DNA of 64,000 nucleotides from Treponemataceae bacterium (GTDB lineage Bacteria > Spirochaetota > Spirochaetia > Treponematales > Rectinemataceae). The translations under genes and the position numbers were made by a program. Shown here piece after piece: positions 33,300 to 44,428 of this stretch. The first letter of the stretch is position 1; each line of letters starts with the position of its first letter. The stretch lies in assembly GCA_963678065.2 (NCBI GenBank), contig CAXXVZ010000005.1, positions 1,152,001-1,216,000 on the forward strand, written 5' to 3'. The notes under the pieces were generated by a model. The model did not search any database. It was not told where the DNA came from and saw only the letters and a list, made by a program, of their open reading frames with translations.

Positions 33300-33585
33300 G
33301 CGCGTCACTCCTTGTATGTGATGGACGGCGAAAATGACGAATTCTGGGGGAATTTCTTGGTTTGAGGGGCGATGGAAAACCGGAGGGGTGGCGGAGGGCC
33401 GCGATCCGGGCCCGATGAAAGGAAAGGCATATCAGCCTCCTTTTTAGCGTGTATTTTTTAACCGCCCGCAATAGGGAATAAATCGGCGGTGCCGGAAACG
33501 CGCGACGGCGTCACGACCGGCTCGGGTGATTGTGCAGACTGCGATTGATTTTATCAAGGGGGGCCCGGAGGCCGACAATCGGAGT

Positions 33586-34533
33586 ATGAAGTTCCTGCGG
33601 TCGGCCCTTCCTGTCTGTCTGTTTTTGATGCTGGCCTCAAGGCTCGCGGCCCAGGTGCCCGTCGCCGTGCTCAGGCCAGTCCAGGCGAGGGAGAAGATCG
33701 TCGACCTTGCGGTTGCATATATCGGGAAGCCATATCGCTACGGGGGCAGCGAGCCATCGGGATTCGACTGCTCGGGTTTCGTGTTTTACGTGTACCGGCA
33801 GGCAGTGGGGGCAAAGCCGCCACGAACCGTCCGGGAACAATGGGACTTCGTCGAAGTGATACCGAAGGATTCCCTCCAGGAAGGCGATCTTGTTTTTTTC
33901 CGCAACGAGGGAGTTATCGACCATGTCGGGATTTATATCGGCGGCAATCTGTTCGTGCATGCCGCTTCCGACAGATTGATACCTGCTGTTATTAAATCAT
34001 CACTAAAAGAGATGTACTGGGCCTCGCGCTTCGCGGGGGCGGGACGGGTTGTGACCGCTTCGGGCGATCTGGGTATCACGGTGCCGGTATCCGCGGCGAT
34101 CGTCCTGTCCAACGGTTCCGGCATTCGCGGGGTCGAGGTGGGTGCGGGGCTGGTCATTCCCCTCTTCGGCGGCGAGCTCGGCGTGGAGCTGAGAGCCGAA
34201 TACGACGCCATGCTGGGAGTGGCGCGCGTCCCCGCTCTCGTCACGCTGAGCCCGGACAAGAGGCTGAAGGTCTTCGCGGGGCCGGCCCTCTGCTTTGGGA
34301 CTCCGATCCTGCGGGAAGGCGGGTCGGAGCGGGAGTACGAGGCGGCCGGCGGCTTTCTTGGGGTGGTGGGGATCTCGTGGAAGCCCGTCTCGTTCAAGGT
34401 CGGAAAGCTGAGGCTGGGGTTCGTGGGAGAAATCGTCTACGAGGGTTACCTGGATGTGAGCGGGCTGGCGCCGGATGGGCTCGCGGACGCGGCGGCGCGG
34501 CTCAGGATAGGCTTCGGCGTCGAGATCCGGTGA
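33586..34533 (+). CDS. NlpC/P60 (C40) peptidase with signal peptide and beta-rich C-terminal domain
   Basis: GKPYRYGG..GFDCSGFV; GDLVFF; HVGIYIG; VHAAS. Confidence 0.85.
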   Translation: MKFLRSALPVCLFLMLASRLAAQVPVAVLRPVQAREKIVDLAVAYIGKPYRYGGSEPSGFDCSGFVFYVYRQAVGAKPPRTVREQWDFVEVIPKDSLQEGDLVFFRNEGVIDHVGIYIGGNLFVHAASDRLIPAVIKSSLKEMYWASRFAGAGRVVTASGDLGITVPVSAAIVLSNGSGIRGVEVGAGLVIPLFGGELGVELRAEYDAMLGVARVPALVTLSPDKRLKVFAGPALCFGTPILREGGSEREYEAAGGFLGVVGISWKPVSFKVGKLRLGFVGEIVYEGYLDVSGLAPDGLADAAARLRIGFGVEIR

Positions 34534-34606
34534 GGCAGAGAGCCGATCCGCCGTGACACGAAGCGTCGATCCGGTCTAGACTGCCCTCCCGACAGGGGGT
34601 GGACAG

Positions 34607-36196
34607 ATGGGCGGAAACGCGGCGACGACCGGGCCGAAGGCATTCGACAACGAAAAATACCTGGCGGAACAGGCTTCCTACATCCGTGAACGGATGAAGC
34701 GCTTTGAAGGGCGACTGTACCTCGAATTCGGCGGAAAGCTGTTGGGCGATTTCCACGCGGCGCGCGTGCTTCCGGGTTACGACCCGAACGTGAAGATTCG
34801 CCTCCTCAAAGAGCTCGAGCGCGACGCCGAAATCGTCCTGTGCATCCACGCGGGCGCGATCGAGCACAGGAAGATCCGCGCCGACTACGGGATCACCTAC
34901 GACGCCGACGCGATGCGCCTCATAGACGACCTCGGCGAGTGGGGACTCTCCGTCTCCGCCGTCGTCATTACGCGCTGGGAAGGACAGCCCCAGGCTACGG
35001 CATTCAGAACCAAGCTCGAGAACCGGGGCATGCGGGTGTACACGCACGCCCCGACGCGAGGCTACCCGACCGACACGGACAGGATCGTCTCGGACGAAGG
35101 CTACGGGGCCAACCCGCGCATCGAGACGACGAAGCCCCTCGTCGTCGTGACCGGACCCGGACCCGGCTCGGGCAAGATGGCGACCTGCCTCTCGCAGGTC
35201 TACCACGATCACAAACTCGGCATGAAGTCGATGTACGCCAAGTTCGAGACCTTCCCTATCTGGAACCTTCCGCTCAAGCATCCGGTGAACACAGCCTACG
35301 AAGCGGCCACTCTCGACCTCAAGGACTTCAATCTCATCGACCCATTCCACCTCGAAGCCACAGGGCAGACTTCGATCAATTACAACCGGGATGTCGAGTC
35401 CTTCCCTATCCTGCGCGAGATCCTGGAGAGGATCACGGGCGAGAAGGGAGCCTACAAGTCACCGACCGATATGGGCGTGAATCGGGCCGGTTTCGCGATC
35501 GTCGACGACGAGGCGGCGCGCGAGGCGGCGAAGCAGGAAGTCGTGAGACGGTATTTCCGCTGCGCCACCGAGTATGCCATGGGCATGGCCGACCGCGATT
35601 CGCTGTCGCGCGCGGAGAGACTCCTCGTGGAGCTCAGGATCACGCCCGAGTACCGCAAGGTCGTATCGGCCGCGAGGGCGGCGACCACCGAGACGGAGAA
35701 GTCGGGCGAAGGCGATGTTGGTGTCGTGGGCGGGATCGGCGGCGGGAGCGGGAAAACCGAACTCGGGGATTCGCGGGTTTCCGTCGGGGCTGCCCTCGAA
35801 CTGCCGACAGGAGAGATCGTGACAGGGAAGAATTCCCAGTACCTCCACGCGGCGACGGCGGCCATCCTGAACGGAATCAAGCAGCTCGCTGGCTTGCCTG
35901 ACTACATCCACCTGCTCTCACCCCTCGTAATCGAGTCCATCGGGAAATTCAAGAAAGAGATCGCGAAGGGCAAGGGCGCGAGCCTCGATGTCGACGAGGC
36001 CCTGATCGCCCTCGCCATCAGTTCGACGCTGACGCCCATGGTGTCGGCCTGCGTGGACAGGCTGGGCTCCCTCAGGGGCTGCCAGATGCACCTCACGCAC
36101 ATGCCGACGCCGGGCGACGAGGCAGGCCTGCGGAGGCTCGGCATAAACCTGACCTCCGACCCGGAGCACGCGTCGAAGCGGCTGTTCGTGGAGTGA
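34607..36196 (+). CDS. DUF1846-family protein
   Basis: FDNEKYL; LYLEFGGKL..DFHAARVLPG; GPGSGKMATCLSQ; YAKFETFPIWN; SPTDMGVN. Confidence 0.85.
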   Translation: MGGNAATTGPKAFDNEKYLAEQASYIRERMKRFEGRLYLEFGGKLLGDFHAARVLPGYDPNVKIRLLKELERDAEIVLCIHAGAIEHRKIRADYGITYDADAMRLIDDLGEWGLSVSAVVITRWEGQPQATAFRTKLENRGMRVYTHAPTRGYPTDTDRIVSDEGYGANPRIETTKPLVVVTGPGPGSGKMATCLSQVYHDHKLGMKSMYAKFETFPIWNLPLKHPVNTAYEAATLDLKDFNLIDPFHLEATGQTSINYNRDVESFPILREILERITGEKGAYKSPTDMGVNRAGFAIVDDEAAREAAKQEVVRRYFRCATEYAMGMADRDSLSRAERLLVELRITPEYRKVVSAARAATTETEKSGEGDVGVVGGIGGGSGKTELGDSRVSVGAALELPTGEIVTGKNSQYLHAATAAILNGIKQLAGLPDYIHLLSPLVIESIGKFKKEIAKGKGASLDVDEALIALAISSTLTPMVSACVDRLGSLRGCQMHLTHMPTPGDEAGLRRLGINLTSDPEHASKRLFVE

Positions 36197-36199
36197 TGC

Positions 36200-37375
36200 C
36201 TACATGGCGGCGAGGGCCTGACTGAGGTCGGCGATCAGGGCTTCGGGATTCTCGAGGCCGACATGGATGCGCACGAGTCCGGTCCGGTCGGGTGGGATGG
36301 GGCTGGATGGGCCCGCGTCCTCCAGGGGCGCCGGGTAGCGGACGGCGTCGGGGCAGACGAGGCTCTCGTAGCCGCCCCAGCTCACCGCCCGCTTGAAGTA
36401 GCGCAGCGAATCGGTGAAGCGCCTCACGGCCCCGAGGTCCTCTGTTCGCAGATTGAACGAGAACAGTCCTGAGCCGCCGCGCATCTGGGCGCGGGCGAGC
36501 TCGGTGTCCGGATAACCCTCCAGGAAAGGGTAATTCACTTTCGCGACAGCGGGGTGGGTGGAGAGGGCGCGGGCGACAGCCAGGGCGTTGGCGAAGTGGA
36601 CGGGCATGCGGACTTCCAGCGTGCGCATGCCGCGCAGAAGGAGCCAGGCCATCATCGGGTCGGCCACAGTCCCGAGCTGAAGAAATTCCTGCCGCTTTAT
36701 GAGGTCGATGTCCGCCTTCGATCCGATAATCGCGCCCGCGACGAGATCGCTGTGCCCGCCGAGATATTTGCTCGCGGAATGCAGGACGAGGTCGATTCCG
36801 AAATCGATGGGGTTGCAGAATATCGGTGTGCACCAGGTGTTGTCGATGACGGTCCTGATGCCGCGGCTGCGCGCCATGGCCGCGACCGCGGCGAGATCCT
36901 GGAGTTTGAAGGTGAAGGTCGTCGGACTCTCGAGGTAGATGACTTTCGTTTCGGGCCTGATGGCGGCGCGGATTTCTTCAGGATCGCGTCCTTCGACGAA
37001 GGTGGCGGTCACGCCGAAGCGCGGCAGGTAGGACGCGAGGAGCGTGCGGGCCCACGAGTAGCAATCTTCGACGCAGACGACGTGGTCTCCCGATTCCACG
37101 AAGGCCATGACGGAGTGCGAGATGGCCGCCGCCCCGGCGCCGAGGAGCTTCGCGCTCTCGCCGTGCTCGAGAGCGGCGAGTTTTTCCTCGACGAGCATGA
37201 CGGTGGGATTGTTCCCGCGGGTGTAGAGACAGTGTTCGCCTTCGTCGGTGAGCGCGCGATTGAATGAGTCGAAGTCGGGGAAGCAGAAGTTCGAGGTCTG
37301 AAACACGGGCGGGCTGACAGCGTTGAGGGGCAGATCGTCTTCGCCCATGTGGTGGAGAATGTAGCTTGTTTCCAT
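36200..37375 (-). CDS. Cys/Met metabolism PLP-dependent enzyme (cystathionine lyase/synthase-like)
   Basis: YTRGNNPT; YLESPT; IDNTW; HSASKYLGGHSD; VSWGGYESL. Confidence 0.9.
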   Translation of the reverse strand: METSYILHHMGEDDLPLNAVSPPVFQTSNFCFPDFDSFNRALTDEGEHCLYTRGNNPTVMLVEEKLAALEHGESAKLLGAGAAAISHSVMAFVESGDHVVCVEDCYSWARTLLASYLPRFGVTATFVEGRDPEEIRAAIRPETKVIYLESPTTFTFKLQDLAAVAAMARSRGIRTVIDNTWCTPIFCNPIDFGIDLVLHSASKYLGGHSDLVAGAIIGSKADIDLIKRQEFLQLGTVADPMMAWLLLRGMRTLEVRMPVHFANALAVARALSTHPAVAKVNYPFLEGYPDTELARAQMRGGSGLFSFNLRTEDLGAVRRFTDSLRYFKRAVSWGGYESLVCPDAVRYPAPLEDAGPSSPIPPDRTGLVRIHVGLENPEALIADLSQALAAM

Positions 37376-37569
37376 GATTGTCCTTCCTTGTTTTGCGCGT
37401 TGAAGCGGCGCTCGGGCCAGAATCGTGGCTTCAGGCTCAGACCCGAATACGCGAGAGTCGTTTTTCGTGCATGATCGTCGATTTTCTCATACAAAGTGTT
37501 TTTTACAAAGCGGAAAAACAGGCTATACTGTGGCGTTTCCGAAAACCATCTCGAAGCATGGAGCGCGGC

Positions 37570-39063
37570 ATGGCAGTCAAGGAACAGACCTATATTCTCG
37601 CCCTGGACCAGGGCACCACATCGTCCCGGGCGATTCTTTTCAACAAAGCCGGCGTGGTCATCGGCCAGAAGCAGATTCCCTTCACGCAGATATTCCCGAA
37701 GCCGGGCTGGGTCGAGCACGATCCCGAGGAGATATGGAGGACGCAGTTCGAGGCCGCCAAAGGCGTGATCGAGGCCGCTCAGATCGAGGGAGACCAGATC
37801 GCGGCCATCGGGATCACGAATCAGCGCGAGACAGCCGTGCTCTGGGACCGCAAGACGGGCGCGCCGGTCTACAACGCCATTGTCTGGCAGTGCAGGCGCT
37901 CGGCCGAGATCTGCCAGGAGCTGCGCGCCCTCGGACTTTCGCAGATGGTGAAGGACAAGACAGGTCTCATCCTCGACCCCTACTTCTCCGGCACCAAGCT
38001 CATGTGGCTCTTCGACGAAGTTCCGGGCCTGCGCGAGCGGGCCGAGCACGGCGAAATCATGTTCGGGACGGTGGACTCCTGGCTCATCTACAAACTTACC
38101 GGCAAACATCTCACCGACCCGACAAACGCGAGCCGGACCCTCCTCTTCAACATCCACGAGAGGCGCTGGGACCCTGAACTTCTCGCGCAGTTCAGGATTC
38201 CCGAATCCATTCTGCCCGAAGTGAGGCCGAGTTCCGGACTCCTCGGCATGGCTCGCGCGGAACTTTTCGGGGCCGAGATTCCGGTCGCAGGATGCGCGGG
38301 AGACCAGCAGGCGGCGCTCTTCGGGCACGCCTGCTTCGAGCCGGGCATGGCCAAGAACACATACGGTACAGGCTGTTTCACCCTTATGAACACAGGGGCC
38401 TTCCCCGTCGCGTCGAGCCACAATCTTCTCACGACGGTGGCCTGGGACTTGGGCAAAGGATACACTTACGCCCTCGAGGGCTCGGTCTTCATCGCCGGCG
38501 CCGTCATTCAGTGGCTGCGCGACCAGATGGGCCTCGTGACTGATTCCGCGGAGAGCGAGAAGCTCGCCCGCTCGGTGGATGACACGGGCGAGGTCTACAT
38601 AGTGCCGGCCTTCGTGGGGCTTGGCGCACCCTACTGGGATTCCGAGGCGCGCGGCACCATCGTCGGCCTCACACGCGGAACGACGAAGGCTCATTTCGTG
38701 CGGGCCGCCCTCGAATCCATCGCCTACCAGTCGCTCGACCTTCTCGACGCGATGGAGAAAGATTTTGGCAGGCAGATTCCTCTCATCAAGGCGGACGGCG
38801 GCGCCTCGGCGAACAGCTTTCTCATGCAATTCCAGGCGGACATCCTGGACCGCTCCGTCGTACTGCCAGAGGTGGGCGAGACGACGGCCCTCGGCGCCGC
38901 CTACCTTGCGGGACTCGCGACGGGATACTGGGAGAGCACGGCGGATGTCGAACGGAACTGGCGGATGCGGCGCGAATTCCGCTCCGAGATGTCCGCCGAA
39001 AAGCGCGCGAAACTCGTCGACCAGTGGCACAAGGCTGTCGGGACGGCGCGGACCTACCGCTAG
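37570..39063 (+). CDS. glpK: Glycerol kinase
   Basis: [41 protein letters not shown]. Confidence 0.96.
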   Translation: MAVKEQTYILALDQGTTSSRAILFNKAGVVIGQKQIPFTQIFPKPGWVEHDPEEIWRTQFEAAKGVIEAAQIEGDQIAAIGITNQRETAVLWDRKTGAPVYNAIVWQCRRSAEICQELRALGLSQMVKDKTGLILDPYFSGTKLMWLFDEVPGLRERAEHGEIMFGTVDSWLIYKLTGKHLTDPTNASRTLLFNIHERRWDPELLAQFRIPESILPEVRPSSGLLGMARAELFGAEIPVAGCAGDQQAALFGHACFEPGMAKNTYGTGCFTLMNTGAFPVASSHNLLTTVAWDLGKGYTYALEGSVFIAGAVIQWLRDQMGLVTDSAESEKLARSVDDTGEVYIVPAFVGLGAPYWDSEARGTIVGLTRGTTKAHFVRAALESIAYQSLDLLDAMEKDFGRQIPLIKADGGASANSFLMQFQADILDRSVVLPEVGETTALGAAYLAGLATGYWESTADVERNWRMRREFRSEMSAEKRAKLVDQWHKAVGTARTYR

Positions 39064-39266
39064 CAGGGAGCGGCGCTTGGCGCGATGAGGCGGAGGCCGT
39101 TGGGGCGCAGCCTGCGCCACGCTGAACGAAGAACCGGTGACCGCGGGCGAAACGGGCTGAGGCCCAGCCTCCGCGCGAAGGGCCCCGCTTCGGATAGCCC
39201 GAGCTGCGTCTTGGCTTCCGGCGCCCCGCTCTGAGGTGGTATAGTCATCCGGACAAGGAGACGAGC

Positions 39267-39755
39267 ATGAATATCGAATCGGTGCGGCTCGTGTGGAGCG
39301 AAGGCTGCAACATCGTTGTCGGGCAGTCGCATTTCATAAAGACGGTCGAGGATATAGGCGAAATAATGGCAAGCTCCCTGCCTGGCGCGAAATGGGGGCT
39401 GGCATTCAATGAGGCTTCGGGACCCTGCCTCGTCCGGACTGAGGGCAGCGATGCGGCGCTCGTCGCCGACGCGGTGGCCTGCGCGAAAGCCACCGGGGCG
39501 GGGCATACTTTCTACCTGGTTCTGGGACCGGGAGCCTTCCCGATCAACGTACTCGACCGGATCAGGAATTGCCCCGAAGTCTGCCACATCTTCTGCGCCA
39601 CCGGAAATCCGCTCGAGGCCATAGTGGCGAGGACAGAGCAGGGCGCGGGCATTCTCGGCGTAGTGGACGGCTTCTCGCCCGCGGGCGTGGAAGGGCTGCA
39701 GGAGACCGCGGACAGGAAGGCCATGCTGAGAAAATTCGGATACAAGTATTGTTGA
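39267..39755 (+). CDS. Adenosine-specific kinase family (DUF355) protein
   Basis: GQSHFIKTVED; AFNEASG; FPINVL; IFCATGNP; GVVDG. Confidence 0.85.
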   Translation: MNIESVRLVWSEGCNIVVGQSHFIKTVEDIGEIMASSLPGAKWGLAFNEASGPCLVRTEGSDAALVADAVACAKATGAGHTFYLVLGPGAFPINVLDRIRNCPEVCHIFCATGNPLEAIVARTEQGAGILGVVDGFSPAGVEGLQETADRKAMLRKFGYKYC

Positions 39756-39860
39756 ATAGCCCAGGCGGGCCCGGCGTGGCGGAGACTCAGAGGCAGGCAG
39801 CCTCAGGTTTGGCCGCGGCTCTGGTCGCCACGCATGAAATATAGACTGTCCATTGGAGGA

Positions 39861-40748
39861 ATGATGAGTCCCGAAAATGATATCCTCGGTTTTGTCGGTC
39901 TCGGCGTCATGGGCACGAGTATGGCGGGCCATCTCATGAAGGCCGGCTACACCGTGCACATCTATACGAGGTCCAAGTCCAAGGCCTCCGCGCTTCTGGA
40001 CGCCGGGGCTGTCTGGCATGACGATCCCGCCGGCGTGGCGCGCGCCTGCTCCGTCGCCTTCACCATGGTGGGTTATCCCTCCGACGTGGAGTCGGTCTAT
40101 TTCGGCCCGGCGGGGCTCATCGCCAACGCGCGTCCCGGCACGATTCTCGTCGACACGACCACGTCGAGGCCTGATCTCGCGGCGAGAATTTACGCGGCCG
40201 CCAAGGCTGCGGGGCTCGGCGCTCTGGACGCTCCCGTCTCGGGAGGGGACATCGGTGCGAAGAACGCAACCCTCACGATCATGGTCGGCGGGGATGAGGC
40301 GGACTTCGAAACGGTCAGGCCGCTTCTGGAAATCATGGGCAAAACCGTGATACGGCAAGGAAAGGCCGGGGCGGGCCAGCACACGAAAATGGCCAACCAG
40401 ATCGCGATCGCGGGCAACCTCGCGGGAGCCGTCGAGGCCGTGACATACGCCCGATCCGCCGGGCTCGATCCCCGGACGGTGCTCCTCAGCATCGCCAACG
40501 GTTCGGCGGGAAGCTGGCAGCTCTCCAATATGGTTCCACGCATGCTCGACGGCAATTTCGCCCCCGGCTTCTACGTGAAACACTTCCTGAAAGACCTGCG
40601 CATCGCCGTGGATTCCGCCCGCGCGATGGGCATCAGGCTGCCCCTGCTCGACCTCGCCGAGTCGATGTTCGCGAAGCTGGAAGAGGGCGGGTTTGGCGAG
40701 AACGGCACCCACGCACTGTATCTCCTGTACGAGCGGGGCTTGATCTAG
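39861..40748 (+). CDS. 3-hydroxyisobutyrate/tartronate semialdehyde reductase family oxidoreductase
   Basis: GFVGLGVMG; DAPVSGGDIGA; GAGQHTKMANQ; KHFLKDL. Confidence 0.9.
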   Translation: MMSPENDILGFVGLGVMGTSMAGHLMKAGYTVHIYTRSKSKASALLDAGAVWHDDPAGVARACSVAFTMVGYPSDVESVYFGPAGLIANARPGTILVDTTTSRPDLAARIYAAAKAAGLGALDAPVSGGDIGAKNATLTIMVGGDEADFETVRPLLEIMGKTVIRQGKAGAGQHTKMANQIAIAGNLAGAVEAVTYARSAGLDPRTVLLSIANGSAGSWQLSNMVPRMLDGNFAPGFYVKHFLKDLRIAVDSARAMGIRLPLLDLAESMFAKLEEGGFGENGTHALYLLYERGLI

Positions 40749-41828
40749 GTGCCGGAATCCCGGAAGGCCGCCTTCGGTCCCGCCCCGACATCGGTTGTCT
40801 CCCACGGCAGGTTCGCGACCGGCAGATTCGGAACTCTTTTCCGCGATACGGGGATGCTCAGGGTCGGCAGGCCCTACCACTACCCCATCCCGGAGTTCGT
40901 CAAGGATCTCAGGCTGAAGGAATGGCAGGCGTTTCAATTCGGAGACAACCGCTGGTACTTCTTCTGCTCGATCTACAACGCAAAGCTTCTGACCCTTGTA
41001 GAGTTCCAGGCCTACGACAGGTCGACAAAAAAGCGGTATTCCGCGCGGCGGGTCCTCCCCGGAGCAAAGATCCCGGTTCCTGACACACTCTTCGGATCGT
41101 CCCTGCGATATTCGGGGAAACATCTGTATCTCGCTTTTTCCGCCTCGCTGAAATCCGGCCCGGGCACGAGGCAATACGGCAGCATCGGCATCGATATATG
41201 GAAATCCGACAGACGGGGGAGCCCCGGCTTCGAAGGGAAGTTCAACCTCGCCTTCGACACCGATATGTGTACCCCGAACGTCGTCTGCCTGCCTTTCGGA
41301 CTCAACAGATCCATGTACTCCGCCAAATTGCTCCTTCCGATGGAAGGCTGGTTCCGTTCGGCGGGGGTGGAGACGGCCTTCTCCGGGCCGGCATCGCTCG
41401 GCATCATGGATGACCACAAGGGATATTATCCCTGGCGCCTGCGCTACGATTGGGTGACTGGCTTCGGCGTCGATGGGCAGGGACACAAGATAGGATTCAA
41501 CCTCACGGACAACCAGGTGCGCGACCAGACTAAGTACAACGAGAACTGCATCTGGATCGACGGCCAACTGTGGCCTCTGCCGCCTGTGAAGGTTACGCGG
41601 CCCAACGGACCGGCCGGAGAATGGATCATCCAGGACATGGAGGGGCTCGTTGACCTCGTATTTGTTCCTGAGGTTCCGAACGATATCAGGATCCGGGCCA
41701 TCGTGATCGAATCCGAGTACCACGGCCCCTTCGGTTCATTCAAAGGGGAAATAAAAAATGGCGAGGGAAGCCGGACGGACGCCTCGATCTTCTACGGCAT
41801 GGGCGAACAGCAATACCTGAGGATCTGA
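40749..41828 (+). CDS. DUF2804-like protein
   Basis: RLKEWQAF; MDDHKGYYP...YDW; GFNLTDN; NENCIW. Confidence 0.65.
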   Translation: MPESRKAAFGPAPTSVVSHGRFATGRFGTLFRDTGMLRVGRPYHYPIPEFVKDLRLKEWQAFQFGDNRWYFFCSIYNAKLLTLVEFQAYDRSTKKRYSARRVLPGAKIPVPDTLFGSSLRYSGKHLYLAFSASLKSGPGTRQYGSIGIDIWKSDRRGSPGFEGKFNLAFDTDMCTPNVVCLPFGLNRSMYSAKLLLPMEGWFRSAGVETAFSGPASLGIMDDHKGYYPWRLRYDWVTGFGVDGQGHKIGFNLTDNQVRDQTKYNENCIWIDGQLWPLPPVKVTRPNGPAGEWIIQDMEGLVDLVFVPEVPNDIRIRAIVIESEYHGPFGSFKGEIKNGEGSRTDASIFYGMGEQQYLRI

Positions 41829-41869
41829 GAGCCGGGGCTGGAGACCTAGGCCGAGTCCCCCAAACGGTT

Positions 41870-42739
41870 TCAGAGCGTCTTGCCTGATCTGAGTTTTTCC
41901 TCGAAACGTTCCAGTTCCTTGCCTTTCAGCGCTGTGACTCCTGTTCCGGATCCCCTGTCGGCGTCCGGATCGGCAGGAGCGAGCCTGCGTCTGAGCTCTG
42001 CGAACTCGGCCTCCGAGAAGCGCACGCCGTTCAGCAGGTGCCGCTCGAAGCTGGCCGTGGCGGCAGGCGCCACAGCCCGGGTCATATCGAGGAGGACAGC
42101 CGCGTACTCGCGGATTTCCCGCTGGGCATGGGCGTCGAGCCTGAGCCCGATGAAGTGGAAGAGGTTGTGCAGATCGATCTGCCAGTACCATTCGGTGTAG
42201 AGGGAGAGGGGAAGGTTGACGCGGGCGAGTTCGCGGGCGAGACCTTCGTCGACGAGTTCGCGGTATTCCGTGTAGGCTGATTTCTGTCCCTCGCCGAGCC
42301 GGCCGATGACGCTGCGCGCGCGTTCCGGATCGACGGCCTCGTCGAGGCGGCCCTGCTTGTTGTCCTCGCTCTGGAGGGCGACGGCATCTTCGGAGGGAAG
42401 ATAGAACTCGTCCTTCATGATCGAGTACCGGCCGGAGACCTCGTTGACTCTGGCCGTGCGGTGCCTGATCCACTGGCGGGCGACGAAGATCGGCAGTTTT
42501 ATGTGGAAGGTGAGGATAACCTGCTCGAATGGCGAGGTGTGTTCGTGGCGCAAGAGATAGTCGATGAGACCAGCGTCCTCACGGTACGATTTGGTGCCCG
42601 CTCCGTAGGAAACCCGGGCAGACTGGACGATCCGGTCGTCTCCGCCAAGATAATCGACGAGGCGCACGAAGCCTTTGTCGAGAACCTTGAATTCCTTATC
42701 CAGAATTTCTTCGGCCGCGGGGACTGTGCAGTGTGCCAT
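41870..42739 (-). CDS. thyX: FAD-dependent thymidylate synthase
   Basis: SARVSY; HTSPFE; RQWIRHRTARVNEVSGRY; ELARVNLP; HAQREIR. Confidence 0.95.
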   Translation of the reverse strand: MAHCTVPAAEEILDKEFKVLDKGFVRLVDYLGGDDRIVQSARVSYGAGTKSYREDAGLIDYLLRHEHTSPFEQVILTFHIKLPIFVARQWIRHRTARVNEVSGRYSIMKDEFYLPSEDAVALQSEDNKQGRLDEAVDPERARSVIGRLGEGQKSAYTEYRELVDEGLARELARVNLPLSLYTEWYWQIDLHNLFHFIGLRLDAHAQREIREYAAVLLDMTRAVAPAATASFERHLLNGVRFSEAEFAELRRRLAPADPDADRGSGTGVTALKGKELERFEEKLRSGKTL

Positions 42740-42979
42740 GGTATCATCCCGAAATAAATGATTGTGCGCGGAGCGGAGCTCCGGCCGGAAGGTCCGTGAC
42801 GGACCGGCCATTTGTCCTGTATAGCACAGGAGCGCGATATCGTCGACCCGAAAGGTCCCGGCAGCGGATGCGATGCCTGACCGGTTTTCGGGAAACTAAG
42901 GATGCGCGAGAATTCTCGGTGCGAAGCTTGACCAGGCCGCGGTTCTCCCCGAGAATTATATGCCGGAACGGAGGCAGAG

Positions 42980-43867
42980 GTGTTCGATCTGAACGATATC
43001 ACGACGGAGAATATCATTTTCGCCATGGAAGACCAGGCCCATTCCGTCGTGATCGACCCGGAAACAGGCCAGGCCGTGAAGATCGATGAAGCGCTCGACG
43101 GTGGCGGAAGGATGGTTTCGCCGCCCATGTGGACTTCGAGCGACGGTTTCAACCTCATGGAGGACTTTCTCCTTCAAGTACGGAATCCGAACGCCCGACG
43201 CGAGCTTTCCGCTGCGCTCGGTCGGGGCAAGGGAGTTTTCAAGGCTTTCAAGGAGGCGCTCTCGGCTTTTCCGGAAGTGGACAAGTCTTTTCGCGTGTAC
43301 AAACTGCGCGCCATGAAGCGCAAAATCCGCGAATGGTACGATGACCTGCGCGAGGCGAAAGGGCTTGAGCGGCTTGGAGTCGAGCCCGAGGAGACGGGCG
43401 AGCTGCTGTGGTCGGATCTGGCTTTCCGGACCGGCAGCTCCGAGGACATGCTGGAGAACCTTCTGGCCTTGCTCGCCGAGGCGGAAGAGGATCACTGCGA
43501 GGAAATTCCCGCGATCATCGTCGAGCTGGCGATCGCGCGGCTGCGCGAAGAACTCAAATCCGGCCGCCAGGGACTCTGCGCGGTCAGCGACGACGACTCC
43601 GGCGGAATCCTCGCCTGCGCCCTCGGTTTTGTCAGGCGTTCCGGCACGCGAACATTCGGATCAATCGAGTTCATCCATGTCCGACAGGGCTTCAGGCGAA
43701 TGGGACTCGGGAGCGCCGTCCTCGACATGCTTGCGGAGGCCTTCACCGAGGCCGGCGTCAGCCTTGTCATCGTCGATTCACCCCTTGTTCCCCCCGAATA
43801 CACTGCTGCCCTGTCCGCGAGGGGATTCAGGAATTTCGGAATCCGGGCGATAGCTCCCCGGAGCTGA
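42980..43867 (+). CDS. UPF0158-like N-terminal domain fused to a GNAT acetyltransferase
   Basis: DGFNLMEDF...LGRGKGVFKAFKEAL; C-terminal IHVRQGFRRMGLGS and RGF motifs. Confidence 0.7.
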   Translation: MFDLNDITTENIIFAMEDQAHSVVIDPETGQAVKIDEALDGGGRMVSPPMWTSSDGFNLMEDFLLQVRNPNARRELSAALGRGKGVFKAFKEALSAFPEVDKSFRVYKLRAMKRKIREWYDDLREAKGLERLGVEPEETGELLWSDLAFRTGSSEDMLENLLALLAEAEEDHCEEIPAIIVELAIARLREELKSGRQGLCAVSDDDSGGILACALGFVRRSGTRTFGSIEFIHVRQGFRRMGLGSAVLDMLAEAFTEAGVSLVIVDSPLVPPEYTAALSARGFRNFGIRAIAPRS

Positions 43868-43953
43868 ATGCCGCGACCCGCGTCGCGGGTATTGCTGGAG
43901 GATGGAGGCCGACTGAGTATGGCGGGCGACGCAGCGATGATCTGCGCAGAAGC

Positions 43954-44268
43954 TCACTCTGTCATCCAGCCGTAGTGGGCGAGATTTACCCTGCCATCGG
44001 GGCTCACCTCGACGTTTTCAGCCTCCAGAAGGCTTTTCTGCAGCTCGAATCCTCCTCCGGGCGGAAGAGCGATGCAGCCGTCGCGCCTGATGACCCTGTG
44101 CCAGGGGAGATTGTCTGTCCGGGAACGGGTGTTGAGAATGCGGACGACCTGACGGGCGCCGCGCGGGTTGCCAGCAAGGGCCGCAATGCTGCCGTAGGTG
44201 GTCACCTTCCCTTCGGGTATAGATGCCATCGCGCGGACAATGTTTTCCGTGAACTCTGATGCCATCAT
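43954..44268 (-). CDS. MGMT-family alkyltransferase-like (Atl) protein
   Basis: IPEGKVTTYG.IA; ARQV; LPWHRVI (Trp in place of catalytic Cys). Confidence 0.9.
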   Translation of the reverse strand: MMASEFTENIVRAMASIPEGKVTTYGSIAALAGNPRGARQVVRILNTRSRTDNLPWHRVIRRDGCIALPPGGGFELQKSLLEAENVEVSPDGRVNLAHYGWMTE

Positions 44269-44428
44269 GGTCTCCTTACGTTCCTGAGTATAACCTGGAA
44301 AAGCCCGGCGCGAACCAGGGATAGGCTCCGGTTCGCGTCGGAGTCGCTACTTTACATTTTTTCGAATTTTGTAAATTATGAATTTCGTCCGTCCTTCGGG
44401 ATGCCGACGATATACGAGGAGGGCAAAG

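Noticed and set aside
33300..33585. Possible SAM riboswitch upstream of metK
   Set aside because: No SAM-I core motifs or terminator/antiterminator recognisable.
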